From Bacillus sp. (in: firmicutes) (GTDB lineage Bacteria > Bacillota > Bacilli > Bacillales > DSM-1321), in contig JBJFHH010000027.1 of assembly GCA_051893475.1 (NCBI GenBank), forward strand, positions 1,526 through 65,525: a DNA stretch of 64,000 nt. The letters run 5' to 3'. Under the pieces are notes generated by a model. The model was not told the DNA's origin and made no database searches. It worked only from the letters and a program-made list of their open reading frames with translations. Both the position numbers and the translations under genes were made by a program. Positions within the stretch are counted from its first letter, which is position 1. Every line of letters begins with the position of its first letter. Positions 22,009 to 31,945 of this stretch are shown here, in pieces.

Positions 22009-22135
22009 GCTGATCGGAGTGAAGGATGGCGACTCCTGCGGGAGAAGCGTGCAGGCCGAGTCACCGCAAGAGCGAAGCGATGTGGAGGCTTGGCGCAAGC
22101 CTCGCGGAAAGCGTCCGTCCGTAACGGAAATCAGC
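22009..22135. repeat. 127-bp GC-rich palindromic intergenic repeat (MITE/REP-like)
   Basis: Terminal IR GCTGAT/ATCAGC; internal GACTCCTGCGGG...CGCGGAAAGCG...GGAAATCA, which I recognise as typical of a common Bacillaceae repeat; GC island in an AT-rich spacer. Confidence 0.75.
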
Positions 22136-22271
22136 TCAGTTTATTTTCTTTTGTAAAATATTGAAATAAAAAGTAAAAGTTTATTTTCTTTTTTGACAAT
22201 CATTTTATATACTAGGTAATGTTGAGTGTTATATATACTAATGAGTCAGATTTAAGGTTTCGGAGGATGTT

Positions 22272-23012
22272 ATGCAAAAAAATGGAAGAGAAAGAAGAAT
22301 TCCAAATAAAAATATGAAATTCGAAAAGTTTCAACGTGAGATCGGCATTCAATTTTTGAATGAAAGATTATTAAAACAAGCGTTTACTCATTCATCTTAT
22401 GTGAATGAGCATCGTCGTAAGCCTTATGAAGACAATGAAAGGCTTGAGTTTTTAGGAGATGCGGTTTTAGAACTGACAGTTTCACAATACTTGTATCGTA
22501 AATATCCGCTTATGAGCGAAGGAGAGTTGACGAAGCTGCGCGCTGCGATTGTATGCGAGCCATCCTTGGTGACGTTTGCGCATGCTCTTTCTTTCGGTAA
22601 GCTAGTTCTTCTTGGCAAGGGTGAAGAGCTGACTGGAGGGCGCGAGCGTCCGGCTTTGCTGGCTGACGTATTTGAGGCCTTTATTGGCGCGTTATACTTG
22701 GATCAAGGTATGGAAGTTGTCAATTCGTTTTTAACAAAAGTAGTATTTCCTAAAATTGATGAAGGTGCTTTTTCTCATGTGATGGATTATAAGAGCCAAC
22801 TGCAAGAGTTAGTGCAAAGAGATGCAGCCGGAGTGATTGAATACCGAATTCATCAGGAAAAAGGACCGGCTCATAACAAAGAGTTTGTATCCAATGTGTC
22901 ACTGAATGGAGAAATATTAGGTACGGGTGTCGGCCGCTCTAAAAAAGAAGCGGAACAAAAAGCGGCGCAAGAAGCGCTGATCGTGATGAAAAAAGCAAAA
23001 AATAAGAAGTAA
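22272..23012 (+). CDS. rnc: Ribonuclease III
   Basis: [12 protein letters not shown] signature, dsRBD (DYKSQLQE...GRSKKEAEQ). Confidence 0.97.
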   Translation: MQKNGRERRIPNKNMKFEKFQREIGIQFLNERLLKQAFTHSSYVNEHRRKPYEDNERLEFLGDAVLELTVSQYLYRKYPLMSEGELTKLRAAIVCEPSLVTFAHALSFGKLVLLGKGEELTGGRERPALLADVFEAFIGALYLDQGMEVVNSFLTKVVFPKIDEGAFSHVMDYKSQLQELVQRDAAGVIEYRIHQEKGPAHNKEFVSNVSLNGEILGTGVGRSKKEAEQKAAQEALIVMKKAKNKK

Positions 23013-23032
23013 ATAGTAAGGGGGGAAACATA

Positions 23033-26000
23033 TTGTTCCTCAAACGTTTGGATGTAATGGGATTTAAGTCATTCGCAGAAAGAATTTCCATTGATTTTGT
23101 TGAAGGAGTGACAGCTGTTGTCGGTCCCAATGGAAGCGGGAAAAGCAATGTAACGGATGCAATCAGATGGGTACTTGGAGAGCAGTCCGCCAAATCGCTC
23201 CGCGGCGCGAAAATGGAAGATATTATTTTTGCCGGCAGTGATTCAAGAAAATCGCTTAATTTTGCGGAAGTGACACTTACTTTAAATAACGAAGATCAAT
23301 TTCTTCCTCTCGATTATCAGGAAGTCAGTGTCACAAGAAGAGTGTTCCGCTCCGGAGAAAGCGAGTTTTTTATTAATAAACAGAGCTGCCGTTTGAAAGA
23401 TATTGTTGATTTATTTATGGATTCAGGCTTAGGCAGAGAGGCTTTTTCGATTATCAGTCAGGGGAAAGTCGAAGAAATATTAAGCAGCAAAGCAGAAGAG
23501 CGAAGAACCATTTTCGAAGAAGCGGCTGGTGTTCTGAAATATAAAACACGCAAAAAGAAAGCCGAACAAAAGCTGACAGAAACCAGGGAAAACCTGAATC
23601 GGGTTCAAGATATTTTGCATGAGCTTGAAGGTCAAGTAGAGCCTTTGAAAATACAAGCTTCGATGGCCAAAGATTATTTGGAGAAGAAGCAAGAATTACA
23701 GCAGTACGAAGTTGCTTTAACGGTTCACGAAATTGAAGTGCTTCATGGAAAGTGGCAGGAGTTGGCCAAGCAAAATGAAGAGCATAGCAATCAGGAAGTG
23801 AAAATGAGCTCGGAATTGCAGAAAAAAGAAGCATATATCGCGCAGCTTCGTGACAAAATCACTGCTTTGGATGAATCCGTCAGTGATCTGCAGGAAGTCC
23901 TTTTAATTACGACCCAAGATTTAGAAAAGCTTGAAGGAAGAAGAAGTGTTCTTCAGGAGCGTAAGAAAAATGCGACGCAAAGCAAGCAACAGCTGGAGCA
24001 AACAATTGAAGAGGCTCATCGTCAAATAAGTGAGTTAAAAGCCGAACAATCAATACAGCTGCAAAAGCTTGAGGAAATACAGGCGACTGTGAAGGATTTG
24101 AAGAAGAAGCTTAGCGAAAAAGAAATAAGCTTAGCATCCTTCAGCGAGGACTTAGAGCTGGAAATAGAATCACTGAAAACAGATTATATTGATTTGCTGA
24201 ATGAGCAGGCCGCCGCAGGTAATGAAATGCGTATGGTCAAACAGCAGCTTGAACAAATTAATGCTCGCAGTTCAAGACTTGATACAGAGAATGAAGAGCT
24301 GATTTTAAAGCGTTCTGCCGTTACGGAAGAAAAGGAAATGCTGATTGCTCAGTTGCAAAGCATGAAGCAAAAGCTCGAGGAAACAGCAGGTCAGCTATTT
24401 GAAAGAAAGACAAGTTTAGAAAAGCTGCAGGATAAATATAAAAGTGAAGAAACGAAGCTATATCAGGCTTATCAATATGTGCAGCAAGTTCAATCACGCA
24501 TTGAAATGCTAAAAGGCATGGAAGATGAATATGCCGGCTTTTTCCAAGGAGTTAAAGAAGTTCTAAAGGCGCCTAATTTGCAAGGCGTGGAAGGTGCGGT
24601 TGCAGAGTTGATCACCGTTCCGCGTGAATACAATTTGGCGATTGAAACGGCATTGGGAGCTGCTATGCAGCATGTTGTTGTCGATACAGAAGAAAATGCG
24701 CGCAAAGCGATTCAGTTTTTGAAAATCAATTCATTCGGACGCGCTACATTCTTGCCGATGACAGTCATGAAGGAAAGAAATATCGCTTCAGCACAGCTGC
24801 AACTTGTAATGGATCACCCATCTTACATCGGCGTAGCATCGCAATTAGTGCGCTATGAGGCCAAATATGCGGCGATTGTAGCCAATTTATTAGGTTCAGT
24901 CATCATTACCTCTGATTTGAAAGGTGCCAATGAGCTTGCGAAAAAACTGCATTATAAATATCGGATTGTGACGCTTGAAGGAGATGTTGTCAATCCGGGC
25001 GGCAGTATGACAGGCGGCGCGACAAAATCGAAAAACTATTCGTTGCTTGCGCGAAAAGGCGAACTGGAAGAGCTTTCGAATAAATTGCCGCAAATGGAAG
25101 AGAAAACATTGCAGCTTGAACACCAAGTGAAGCATTTAAAGGAAAGTATTCAGCAACAAAATGAAGCGTATGAGCAATTACGCATGAGCAGTGAGCAGTT
25201 GCGCATTCAAGAGGAAAGCGTTAAAGGTGAGCTTCGTGAAGTAGAAACAAACGAAAGAAACTTAAATGACCGCTTGTCTCTTTATGATATGGATCAATCC
25301 GCATACATTGAAGAGAAGCTGCAAAGGGAGCAACGATTAGCGGAACTGGAACAGCTATTGGCCGGAATTGCTGGTAGCTTAGAGGAAGGTAAAGCAAAAA
25401 TTGATGAGTTGACGAATCGTAAAAATGCTCAGCAAAGCTCAATCTCAGCCGTTACAACAGAATTGAACGAACTGAAGGTTCAGTATGCAGCCAAACGCGA
25501 GCAGCAGCAGCATGCTCAAGCAACATATGATCGTTTGCTGAAGGATTTGTCGGAATGGCAGCGGAAAGAAGAAGAGGCTACTGAAGATCGCAAGTTGTTA
25601 TCCAACGATATGGAAAGCAATACGAGCGGCGAGCAGCAACTTGAAGAATTGGCTAAAACGAAACTTCAGGACAAAAATGAAACCGTTCAATTGATCTCGA
25701 CCCGCAGAGAGGAACGCAATCAATTGCATATGCAATTAGAGGATGAAGAACGTGAACTTAAAGAGCTGAAACGAATTTATAAAGGCTACGTTGAAACGAT
25801 GAAGGATGAAGAAGTGAAAATCAATCGTCTTGATGTGGAGCTTGAAAATCGCCTTCAGCATTTGCAGCAAGAGTACTTGTTATCTTTCGAAGATGCGAAA
25901 GCTCAGTTTTCATTGCAGAATTCACCGGAGGAAACAACGAAAAAGGTGAAGCTGATCAAAATGGCGATTGAAGATCTCGGCACAATCAATCTTGGAGCAA

Positions 26001-26596
26001 TCGATGAGTATGAACGGGTTTTCGAGCGTTATACGTTCTTAACTGAACAAAAAGCAGACCTGCAAGAGGCGAAAGAGACGCTTTTCCAAGTCATCGATGA
26101 AATGGATGAAGAAATGAAGCGTCGCTTTAAAGAGACGTTTGACGGCATAAGCAATGAATTCGAAGCGGTATTCCAGCAACTGTTCGGAGGCGGACGTGCC
26201 GAATTGAAGCTGACCGATCCGGATGATTTGCTGAATACAGGCGTGGAAATCATCGCGCAGCCACCGGGCAAGAAGCTGCAAAATCTGGGACTTTTATCCG
26301 GAGGCGAAAGAGCGTTGACGGCCATTGCCCTATTATTCTCCATCTTGATTGTGCGACCGGTTCCGTTTTGCGTGCTTGATGAGGTAGAAGCAGCGCTTGA
26401 TGAAGCGAATGTTCAACGCTTCAGCCAGTATTTGAGAAAATTCAGCTCGCAAACGCAGTTTATCGTTATTACGCATCGTAAAGGAACGATGGAAAGTGCC
26501 GATGTATTGTATGGTATTACCATGCAGGAATCTGGTGTTTCTAAGCTCGTTTCTGTAAGGTTAGAAGATAAAAAGTTAGCAGAACAAACGAAATAG
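23033..26596 (+). CDS. smc: Chromosome segregation protein SMC
   Basis: GPNGSGKSN, coiled coils, hinge GRATFLP, LSGGE, LDEVEAALD. Confidence 0.98.
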   Translation: MFLKRLDVMGFKSFAERISIDFVEGVTAVVGPNGSGKSNVTDAIRWVLGEQSAKSLRGAKMEDIIFAGSDSRKSLNFAEVTLTLNNEDQFLPLDYQEVSVTRRVFRSGESEFFINKQSCRLKDIVDLFMDSGLGREAFSIISQGKVEEILSSKAEERRTIFEEAAGVLKYKTRKKKAEQKLTETRENLNRVQDILHELEGQVEPLKIQASMAKDYLEKKQELQQYEVALTVHEIEVLHGKWQELAKQNEEHSNQEVKMSSELQKKEAYIAQLRDKITALDESVSDLQEVLLITTQDLEKLEGRRSVLQERKKNATQSKQQLEQTIEEAHRQISELKAEQSIQLQKLEEIQATVKDLKKKLSEKEISLASFSEDLELEIESLKTDYIDLLNEQAAAGNEMRMVKQQLEQINARSSRLDTENEELILKRSAVTEEKEMLIAQLQSMKQKLEETAGQLFERKTSLEKLQDKYKSEETKLYQAYQYVQQVQSRIEMLKGMEDEYAGFFQGVKEVLKAPNLQGVEGAVAELITVPREYNLAIETALGAAMQHVVVDTEENARKAIQFLKINSFGRATFLPMTVMKERNIASAQLQLVMDHPSYIGVASQLVRYEAKYAAIVANLLGSVIITSDLKGANELAKKLHYKYRIVTLEGDVVNPGGSMTGGATKSKNYSLLARKGELEELSNKLPQMEEKTLQLEHQVKHLKESIQQQNEAYEQLRMSSEQLRIQEESVKGELREVETNERNLNDRLSLYDMDQSAYIEEKLQREQRLAELEQLLAGIAGSLEEGKAKIDELTNRKNAQQSSISAVTTELNELKVQYAAKREQQQHAQATYDRLLKDLSEWQRKEEEATEDRKLLSNDMESNTSGEQQLEELAKTKLQDKNETVQLISTRREERNQLHMQLEDEERELKELKRIYKGYVETMKDEEVKINRLDVELENRLQHLQQEYLLSFEDAKAQFSLQNSPEETTKKVKLIKMAIEDLGTINLGAIDEYERVFERYTFLTEQKADLQEAKETLFQVIDEMDEEMKRRFKETFDGISNEFEAVFQQLFGGGRAELKLTDPDDLLNTGVEIIAQPPGKKLQNLGLLSGGERALTAIALLFSILIVRPVPFCVLDEVEAALDEANVQRFSQYLRKFSSQTQFIVITHRKGTMESADVLYGITMQESGVSKLVSVRLEDKKLAEQTK

Positions 26597-26607
26597 GAAG
26601 TGAAAGA

Positions 26608-27594
26608 ATGAGTTTCTTTAAGAAATTAAAAGAAAAATTTACAGCAACAACAGACCAAGCGAGTGAAAAATTCAAGGAAGGGCTGACGAAAACGAGAGAT
26701 TCATTTGCCGGTAAAGTGAATGACCTCGTTGCTCGCTATCGTAAAGTCGATGAAGATTTCTTTGAAGAGCTTGAAGAAATTTTAATTGGTGCTGATGTTG
26801 GTTTTAATACGGTTATGGAATTAATCGATGAACTGAAAATGGAAGTGAAGCGCCGCAATATTCAAGATACACGTGAAGTGCAGGCGGTTATTTCCGAGAA
26901 GCTAGTCGATATTTATCGTAACGATGAAGATATTGATGCGACAATTTCAATGAATAATGACTTAACGGTTATTTTGTTTGTCGGTGTAAATGGTGTCGGT
27001 AAAACAACAACAATCGGCAAGCTTGCTCATAAGTTTAATAGCGAAGGCAAGAAAGTATTGCTGGCAGCCGGAGATACATTCCGTGCCGGTGCTATAGAGC
27101 AATTGGAAGTATGGGGCGAGCGTGTTGGCGTAGATGTCGTGAAACAAACCGCCGGTTCCGACCCTGCTGCAGTTATGTTCGATGCGGTTCAAGCGGCTAA
27201 ATCACGCAATGTCGATGTTTTGTTGTGCGACACAGCCGGACGTCTGCAAAATAAAGTGAACTTAATGAAAGAGCTTGAAAAAGTGAAAAAAGTTATTGAA
27301 CGTGAAATTCCTGGCGCGCCGCATGAGGTTCTGCTTGTGTTGGATGCGACTACCGGTCAAAATGCGCTTGTTCAAGCAAAAATGTTCAAAGAAGTGACGG
27401 ATGTATCCGGTATTGTGCTGACAAAACTAGACGGAACAGCCAAAGGCGGTATCGTCCTTGCAATCAAAAATGAGCTTGGTATACCGGTGAAATTCGTAGG
27501 TCTAGGAGAAAAAATGGATGATCTGCAAGAGTTTGACGCAGAGAAATACGTATACGGCCTATTCGCTGATATCATTGAAAAAGAAGAGGAATAA
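26608..27594 (+). CDS. ftsY: SRP receptor FtsY
   Basis: GVNGVGKTTT, DTFRAGA, DTAGR, TKLDGTAKGG. Confidence 0.97.
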   Translation: MSFFKKLKEKFTATTDQASEKFKEGLTKTRDSFAGKVNDLVARYRKVDEDFFEELEEILIGADVGFNTVMELIDELKMEVKRRNIQDTREVQAVISEKLVDIYRNDEDIDATISMNNDLTVILFVGVNGVGKTTTIGKLAHKFNSEGKKVLLAAGDTFRAGAIEQLEVWGERVGVDVVKQTAGSDPAAVMFDAVQAAKSRNVDVLLCDTAGRLQNKVNLMKELEKVKKVIEREIPGAPHEVLLVLDATTGQNALVQAKMFKEVTDVSGIVLTKLDGTAKGGIVLAIKNELGIPVKFVGLGEKMDDLQEFDAEKYVYGLFADIIEKEEE

Positions 27595-27610
27595 CACCAG
27601 TATTACCCAA

Positions 27611-27639
27611 ACCCGATCTCGTTTGAGGTCGGGTAATTT
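27611..27639 (+). terminator. Terminator after ftsY
   Basis: ACCCGATCTC-gttt-GAGGTCGGGT stem followed by AATTT. Confidence 0.65.
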
Positions 27640-27653
27640 GAATTTTGATTTCA

Positions 27654-27733
27654 GCTAATTGCAGCAAAATGCGTGCGACTGCTGTAGCTTGGCGCCGTAC
27701 ATGAAAAGTATCTTTCCGCTGCCTAAAATCAAT
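27654..27733. repeat. Degenerate, internally deleted copy of the 22009-22135 repeat
   Basis: GCTAATTGCAGC...GCGACTGCTG resembles the 5' end; GCTTGGCGC is identical; ...AAATCAAT resembles the 3' end. Confidence 0.5.
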
Positions 27734-27785
27734 ACGACCACTTAATACAAACGTCTAAATAAAAAACTTCACAAAAAAATAAGTA

Positions 27786-27858
27786 TTACAAGGAATTCAC
27801 CTTGACATCCATAACTGATGCTTGTAAACTATGAAATGTAAAGGTGTTTTACTTAACA
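27786..27858 (+). promoter_or_regulatory. ylxM-ffh sigma-A promoter with two palindromic TGTNAAG-N8-CTTNACA boxes
   Basis: TTGACA(27802)-N17-TAAACT(27825); boxes at 27786-27807 and 27837-27858. Confidence 0.75.
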
Positions 27859-27873
27859 TAAGGGGGAGGCAAC

Positions 27874-28194
27874 ATGACGCTTGAAAAAACAACGCGAATG
27901 AATTATCTGTATGATTTTTATCAATCGTTGTTAACAAAAAAACAGCAAAGCTACATGGCGCTCTATTATTTAGATGATTTCTCCCTTGGTGAAATTGCCG
28001 AGGAATATGATGTAAGCAGGCAAGCAGTATACGATAACATTAAAAGAACAGAAGCAATGTTGGAGGAATACGAGACAAAGCTTCTATTATTTGAAAAGTT
28101 TCAACAGCGAAGCGCGCTTATTCAAAGGCTGAAGGAGGAAGAACTTTCATCTTCTGCCTTGGAAATCGTTGCTGAGCTTGAGAGATTAGATTAG
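27874..28194 (+). CDS. ylxM: UPF0122 putative DNA-binding protein YlxM (sigma-70 region 4-like HTH)
   Basis: [25 protein letters not shown]...[12 protein letters not shown]; immediately upstream of ffh. Confidence 0.93.
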   Translation: MTLEKTTRMNYLYDFYQSLLTKKQQSYMALYYLDDFSLGEIAEEYDVSRQAVYDNIKRTEAMLEEYETKLLLFEKFQQRSALIQRLKEEELSSSALEIVAELERLD

Positions 28195-28206
28195 GAGGCG
28201 GCAACA

Positions 28207-29547
28207 ATGGCATTTGAAGGATTAGCCGACCGACTGCAAGGCACGATACAAAAGATTCGTGGCAAAGGAAAAGTAAATGAATCCGATGTAAAAGAAATGA
28301 TGCGTGAAGTGCGTCTTGCTCTTTTAGAGGCGGATGTAAACTTTAAGGTTGTTAAGGATTTTGTAAAACGCGTGAGCGAACGCGCAGTAGGTCAAGAAGT
28401 GCTTAAAAGCTTAACCCCTGGTCAGCAGGTAATTAAAGTCGTACAAGAAGAATTGACAGCGTTAATGGGGGGAGAGCAAAGCAAAATTGCTGTTGCTAAT
28501 CGTCCGCCGACGGTCATTCTGATGGTAGGTCTTCAAGGTGCCGGTAAAACGACCACAACTGGTAAGCTTGCAAATCTGCTGCGAAAGAAATATAATCGTA
28601 AGCCGTTATTAGTTGCTGCTGATATTTACCGACCAGCGGCAATCAAACAGTTAGAGACTTTAGGGAAACAGCTGGATATGCCTGTATTCTCTTTAGGCGA
28701 TCAAGTGAGCCCTGTCGAAATCGCCAAGCAGGCTATTGCAAAGGCGAAGGAAGAGCATTATGATTATGTTCTGATTGATACAGCCGGTCGTCTTCATATT
28801 GATGAAGCACTAATGACGGAATTGGAAGATGTTAAGGAAGTTGCCAAACCGGATGAAATATTCTTGGTTGTAGACAGCATGACCGGACAAAGTGCCGTTG
28901 ATGTTGCAGAAAGCTTCAATAATCAGCTTGGGCTTACGGGTGTTGTTTTAACAAAGCTTGATGGCGATACACGTGGCGGTGCCGCGCTTTCCATCCGTGC
29001 AGTGACAAACACTCCTATTAAATTCGTAGGTATGGGCGAGAAGCTTGATGCACTTGAGGTATTCCATCCTGAGCGTATGGCTTCCCGTATTCTTGGTATG
29101 GGTGATGTGCTGACATTAATTGAAAAAGCACAATCTAACGTCGATCATGAAAAAGCAAAAGAGCTTGAGAAAAAATTCCGTACACAATCATTTACGTTTG
29201 ATGATTTCTTAGAGCAGCTTGGTCAAGTTCGTAATATGGGACCATTGGACGATCTAATAAAAATGTTACCTGGTGCTAACAAAATGAAAGGCTTGAACAA
29301 CATTTCCATTGACGAAAAGCAAATTGGTCATGTTGAAGCAATCATTCAATCAATGACGAAGGCAGAAAAGGATCATCCAGAGATCATTAATGCCAGTCGA
29401 CGTAAAAGAATTGCAAAAGGAAGTGGTACTTCGATTCAAGAGGTTAACCGACTTTTGAAGCAATTTGATGAGATGAAAAAGATGATGAAGCAGATGACTT
29501 CTATGCAAAAAGGCAAGAAAAAAGGCTTCAAACTACCTTTCATGTAA
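28207..29547 (+). CDS. ffh: Signal recognition particle protein Ffh
   Basis: GLQGAGKTTT, DTAGR, DGDTRGG, RILGMGD, Met-rich M domain. Confidence 0.98.
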   Translation: MAFEGLADRLQGTIQKIRGKGKVNESDVKEMMREVRLALLEADVNFKVVKDFVKRVSERAVGQEVLKSLTPGQQVIKVVQEELTALMGGEQSKIAVANRPPTVILMVGLQGAGKTTTTGKLANLLRKKYNRKPLLVAADIYRPAAIKQLETLGKQLDMPVFSLGDQVSPVEIAKQAIAKAKEEHYDYVLIDTAGRLHIDEALMTELEDVKEVAKPDEIFLVVDSMTGQSAVDVAESFNNQLGLTGVVLTKLDGDTRGGAALSIRAVTNTPIKFVGMGEKLDALEVFHPERMASRILGMGDVLTLIEKAQSNVDHEKAKELEKKFRTQSFTFDDFLEQLGQVRNMGPLDDLIKMLPGANKMKGLNNISIDEKQIGHVEAIIQSMTKAEKDHPEIINASRRKRIAKGSGTSIQEVNRLLKQFDEMKKMMKQMTSMQKGKKKGFKLPFM

Positions 29548-29559
29548 GGTTTTTTACAC

Positions 29560-29605
29560 TGTTAAGAAAAAATCCTTTACAAACTATAAATAACTTTGAT
29601 AATAT
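29560..29605 (+). promoter_or_regulatory. rpsP promoter with overlapping palindromic box
   Basis: TTTACA(29576)...TGnTAATAT(29600); box TGTTAAG-N8-CTTTACA at 29560-29581. Confidence 0.6.
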
Positions 29606-29645
29606 ATTATCTTGTTGAAACTAATCGGAAGAGGTGCTTTATAAA

Positions 29646-29918
29646 ATGGCAGTAAAAATTCGTTTAAAACGTATGGGAGCAAAAAAATCTCCTTTCTATC
29701 GTATTGTAGTAGCTGATTCTCGTTCACCACGTGATGGACGTTACATCGAAGTAGTAGGAACTTACAACCCAGTTGCTCAACCAGCAAAAGTTGAAATCAA
29801 CGAAGAGCTTGCTCTTAAATGGTTACAAGACGGTGCAAAACCATCTGATACAGTTCGTAACCTGCTTTCTGCTCAAGGCATTATGGAAAAATTCCACAAT
29901 GCAAAAAACAGCAAATAA
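29646..29918 (+). CDS. rpsP: 30S ribosomal protein S16
   Basis: [32 protein letters not shown]. Confidence 0.98.
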   Translation: MAVKIRLKRMGAKKSPFYRIVVADSRSPRDGRYIEVVGTYNPVAQPAKVEINEELALKWLQDGAKPSDTVRNLLSAQGIMEKFHNAKNSK

Positions 29919-29928
29919 TATCGGTTGA

Positions 29929-30162
29929 ATGATGAGACAACTCATTCATACGATTGTAACGTCACTTGTCGATCATCCCGAGGCTGTTGAAATTACAGCT
30001 AAGGAAGATGATCAGACGATTACTTACACTTTATCGGTCCATAAGGATGATATGGGAAAAGTGATCGGCAAGCAAGGGCGTGTAGCTAAGGCGATTCGGA
30101 CTGTAATTTATGCAGCAGGATCTACACAGCAAAAAAAAATCTATCTAGAGATTTCCGAATAG
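29929..30162 (+). CDS. khpA: KH-domain RNA-binding protein KhpA (YlqC)
   Basis: DMGKVIGKQGRVAKAIR GxxG KH motif; follows rpsP. Confidence 0.92.
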   Translation: MMRQLIHTIVTSLVDHPEAVEITAKEDDQTITYTLSVHKDDMGKVIGKQGRVAKAIRTVIYAAGSTQQKKIYLEISE

Positions 30163-30186
30163 GAGGGCTAATACCCCTCCTTTTTT
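30161..30186 (+). terminator. Terminator after khpA
   Basis: AGGAGGG...CCCTCCT followed by a T-tract. Confidence 0.7.
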
Positions 30187-30294
30187 GGTATCATAAAAAG
30201 AAAATGGGATGCATCACAGAGCTTCGCGTACATGATACAAGATACATGATACATATGCCATATTGAGATACAATAGGGCTAGGAGGAGCTTAAA

Positions 30295-30681
30295 ATGAGG
30301 ATTCTTCAAACCGTAAATGTAAATCAGGTATTAACAGAAAACAGCAAAAATCAGTTGATTGAACAATATGCTCAGCAATCCGCGCAATTCCAGAAGGAAA
30401 TAGAGCAGTTGAAATTCGAAATGAAAAAGCTGGCCAAAACGAAAAAAATTCAGCCTGTCAGCTTGCAGTCACATTTTGAAAGAGAATTAAATAATCGTGC
30501 GGAAAAGCTGAAGCTGCTCGCATTCAAATTGGAGCAATTAGAAAGATTGCCGATTGGCAGCGAGCTAAAGGAACGTGAGGTTCAGTCCATTGTCGACGTC
30601 GAAGTCGGAGATGATTGGAAGGAACTGACCAAAGTGAAAACCATCGTTGTGACAGATGGAAAAGTAACAGAAATACGTTAG
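30295..30681 (+). CDS. ylqD: YlqD family protein
   Basis: [10 protein letters not shown]...[23 protein letters not shown]...DGKVTEIR; between khpA and rimM. Confidence 0.88.
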   Translation: MRILQTVNVNQVLTENSKNQLIEQYAQQSAQFQKEIEQLKFEMKKLAKTKKIQPVSLQSHFERELNNRAEKLKLLAFKLEQLERLPIGSELKEREVQSIVDVEVGDDWKELTKVKTIVVTDGKVTEIR

Positions 30682-30692
30682 AGGTGTCGTAC

Positions 30693-31208
30693 TTGGAAAA
30701 ATGGTTTAATGTAGGTAAAATTGTCAATACGCATGGCATCAAAGGGGAAGTTCGTGTCATTTCGAGAACGGACTTCGCCGATGAGCGCTATAAAGTCGGA
30801 AATTCATTATTCTTGTTTCAAGGAACAAATAATGCGCCGATGGAACTGAAAATCACTTCACACCGCAAACATAAAAATTTTGATTTGCTGACGTTTGAAG
30901 GCTATTACAATGTGAATCAGGTGGAGTCGTTCAAAGAGGGTGTTTTAAAGGTGCCTGAGTCGTATTTAACGGACTTGGATGAAGGCGAGTTTTATTACCA
31001 TCAAATTATCGGCTGCAAGGTTTCTACGACTGCTGGTGAAGAAATAGGCACGATCCGTGAAATATTGACGCCTGGCGCAAATGATGTATGGGTGATTCAA
31101 GCAAAAAAAGGAAAAGATATCTTAATTCCGTACATTGAGGATGTTGTCAAGGAAATCGATGTTCAACAGAAAACGATTATCATTGAACCGATGGAAGGGC
31201 TGCTGTAA
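30693..31208 (+). CDS. rimM: Ribosome maturation factor RimM
   Basis: [29 protein letters not shown]; TTG start after GAGGTG. Confidence 0.96.
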   Translation: MEKWFNVGKIVNTHGIKGEVRVISRTDFADERYKVGNSLFLFQGTNNAPMELKITSHRKHKNFDLLTFEGYYNVNQVESFKEGVLKVPESYLTDLDEGEFYYHQIIGCKVSTTAGEEIGTIREILTPGANDVWVIQAKKGKDILIPYIEDVVKEIDVQQKTIIIEPMEGLL

Positions 31209-31942
31209 TGAAAATTGATGTATTAACGTTGTTTCCGGAAATGTTCACCGGTGTATTTGGCTCATCAATTTTAAAAAAAGCGGAAGAAAAGCAAGCTGCT
31301 TCCTATAATGTTGTCAATTTCCGCGAGTTTTCCGATAATAAGCATGGAACGGTTGACGATTATCCATACGGCGGCGGTGCCGGGATGGTTTTGAAGGCGC
31401 AGCCGATTTTTTCTGCAGTCGAGCATTTGCAGGAGCGAAGTGAAAAGAAGCCTCGTGTCATTCTTTTATGCCCGCAAGGAGAGCGCTATACGCAACGTAA
31501 GGCCGAAGAATTGGCAAAGGAAGATCACTTGATTTTTGTTTGCGGACATTATGAAGGCTACGACGAACGAATTCGCGAGCATGTCGTAACGGATGAAATC
31601 TCACTTGGTGATTATGTCTTGACCGGTGGAGAGCTTGGAGCAATGGTCATTATCGACAGTGTGGTTCGATTATTGCCGGGTGTACTCGGGAATGAAGATT
31701 CGCCAATCAAAGACTCTTATTCTTCAGGTTTGCTGGAACATCCTCATTACACGCGTCCGTATGATTTCAGAGGCTATAAGGTGCCTGATACATTAATGTC
31801 GGGCAATCATAAGCTGATTGAGGAATGGCGAATGAAGGAGAGTTTGAGAAGAACGTGGCAGCGCAGACCGGACTTGCTTGAACATATTGAGCTAACGCCT
31901 CAAGAAAAAAAATGGCTGGAAGAAATTATTTCTGAAGAATAG
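31208..31942 (+). CDS. trmD: tRNA (guanine-37-N1)-methyltransferase
   Basis: [33 protein letters not shown]. Confidence 0.98.
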   Translation: MKIDVLTLFPEMFTGVFGSSILKKAEEKQAASYNVVNFREFSDNKHGTVDDYPYGGGAGMVLKAQPIFSAVEHLQERSEKKPRVILLCPQGERYTQRKAEELAKEDHLIFVCGHYEGYDERIREHVVTDEISLGDYVLTGGELGAMVIIDSVVRLLPGVLGNEDSPIKDSYSSGLLEHPHYTRPYDFRGYKVPDTLMSGNHKLIEEWRMKESLRRTWQRRPDLLEHIELTPQEKKWLEEIISEE

Positions 31943-31945
31943 CTA

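Noticed and set aside
21932-22164. Two short + strand ORFs (74 and 64 aa) between acpP and rnc
   Set aside because: They run through the hairpin and the GC-rich repeat, lack an RBS and resemble no protein I recognise.
30227-30254. Short tandem repeats as a CRISPR array
   Set aside because: 7-bp units with no spacers and no cas genes; nothing CRISPR-like was seen in the window.
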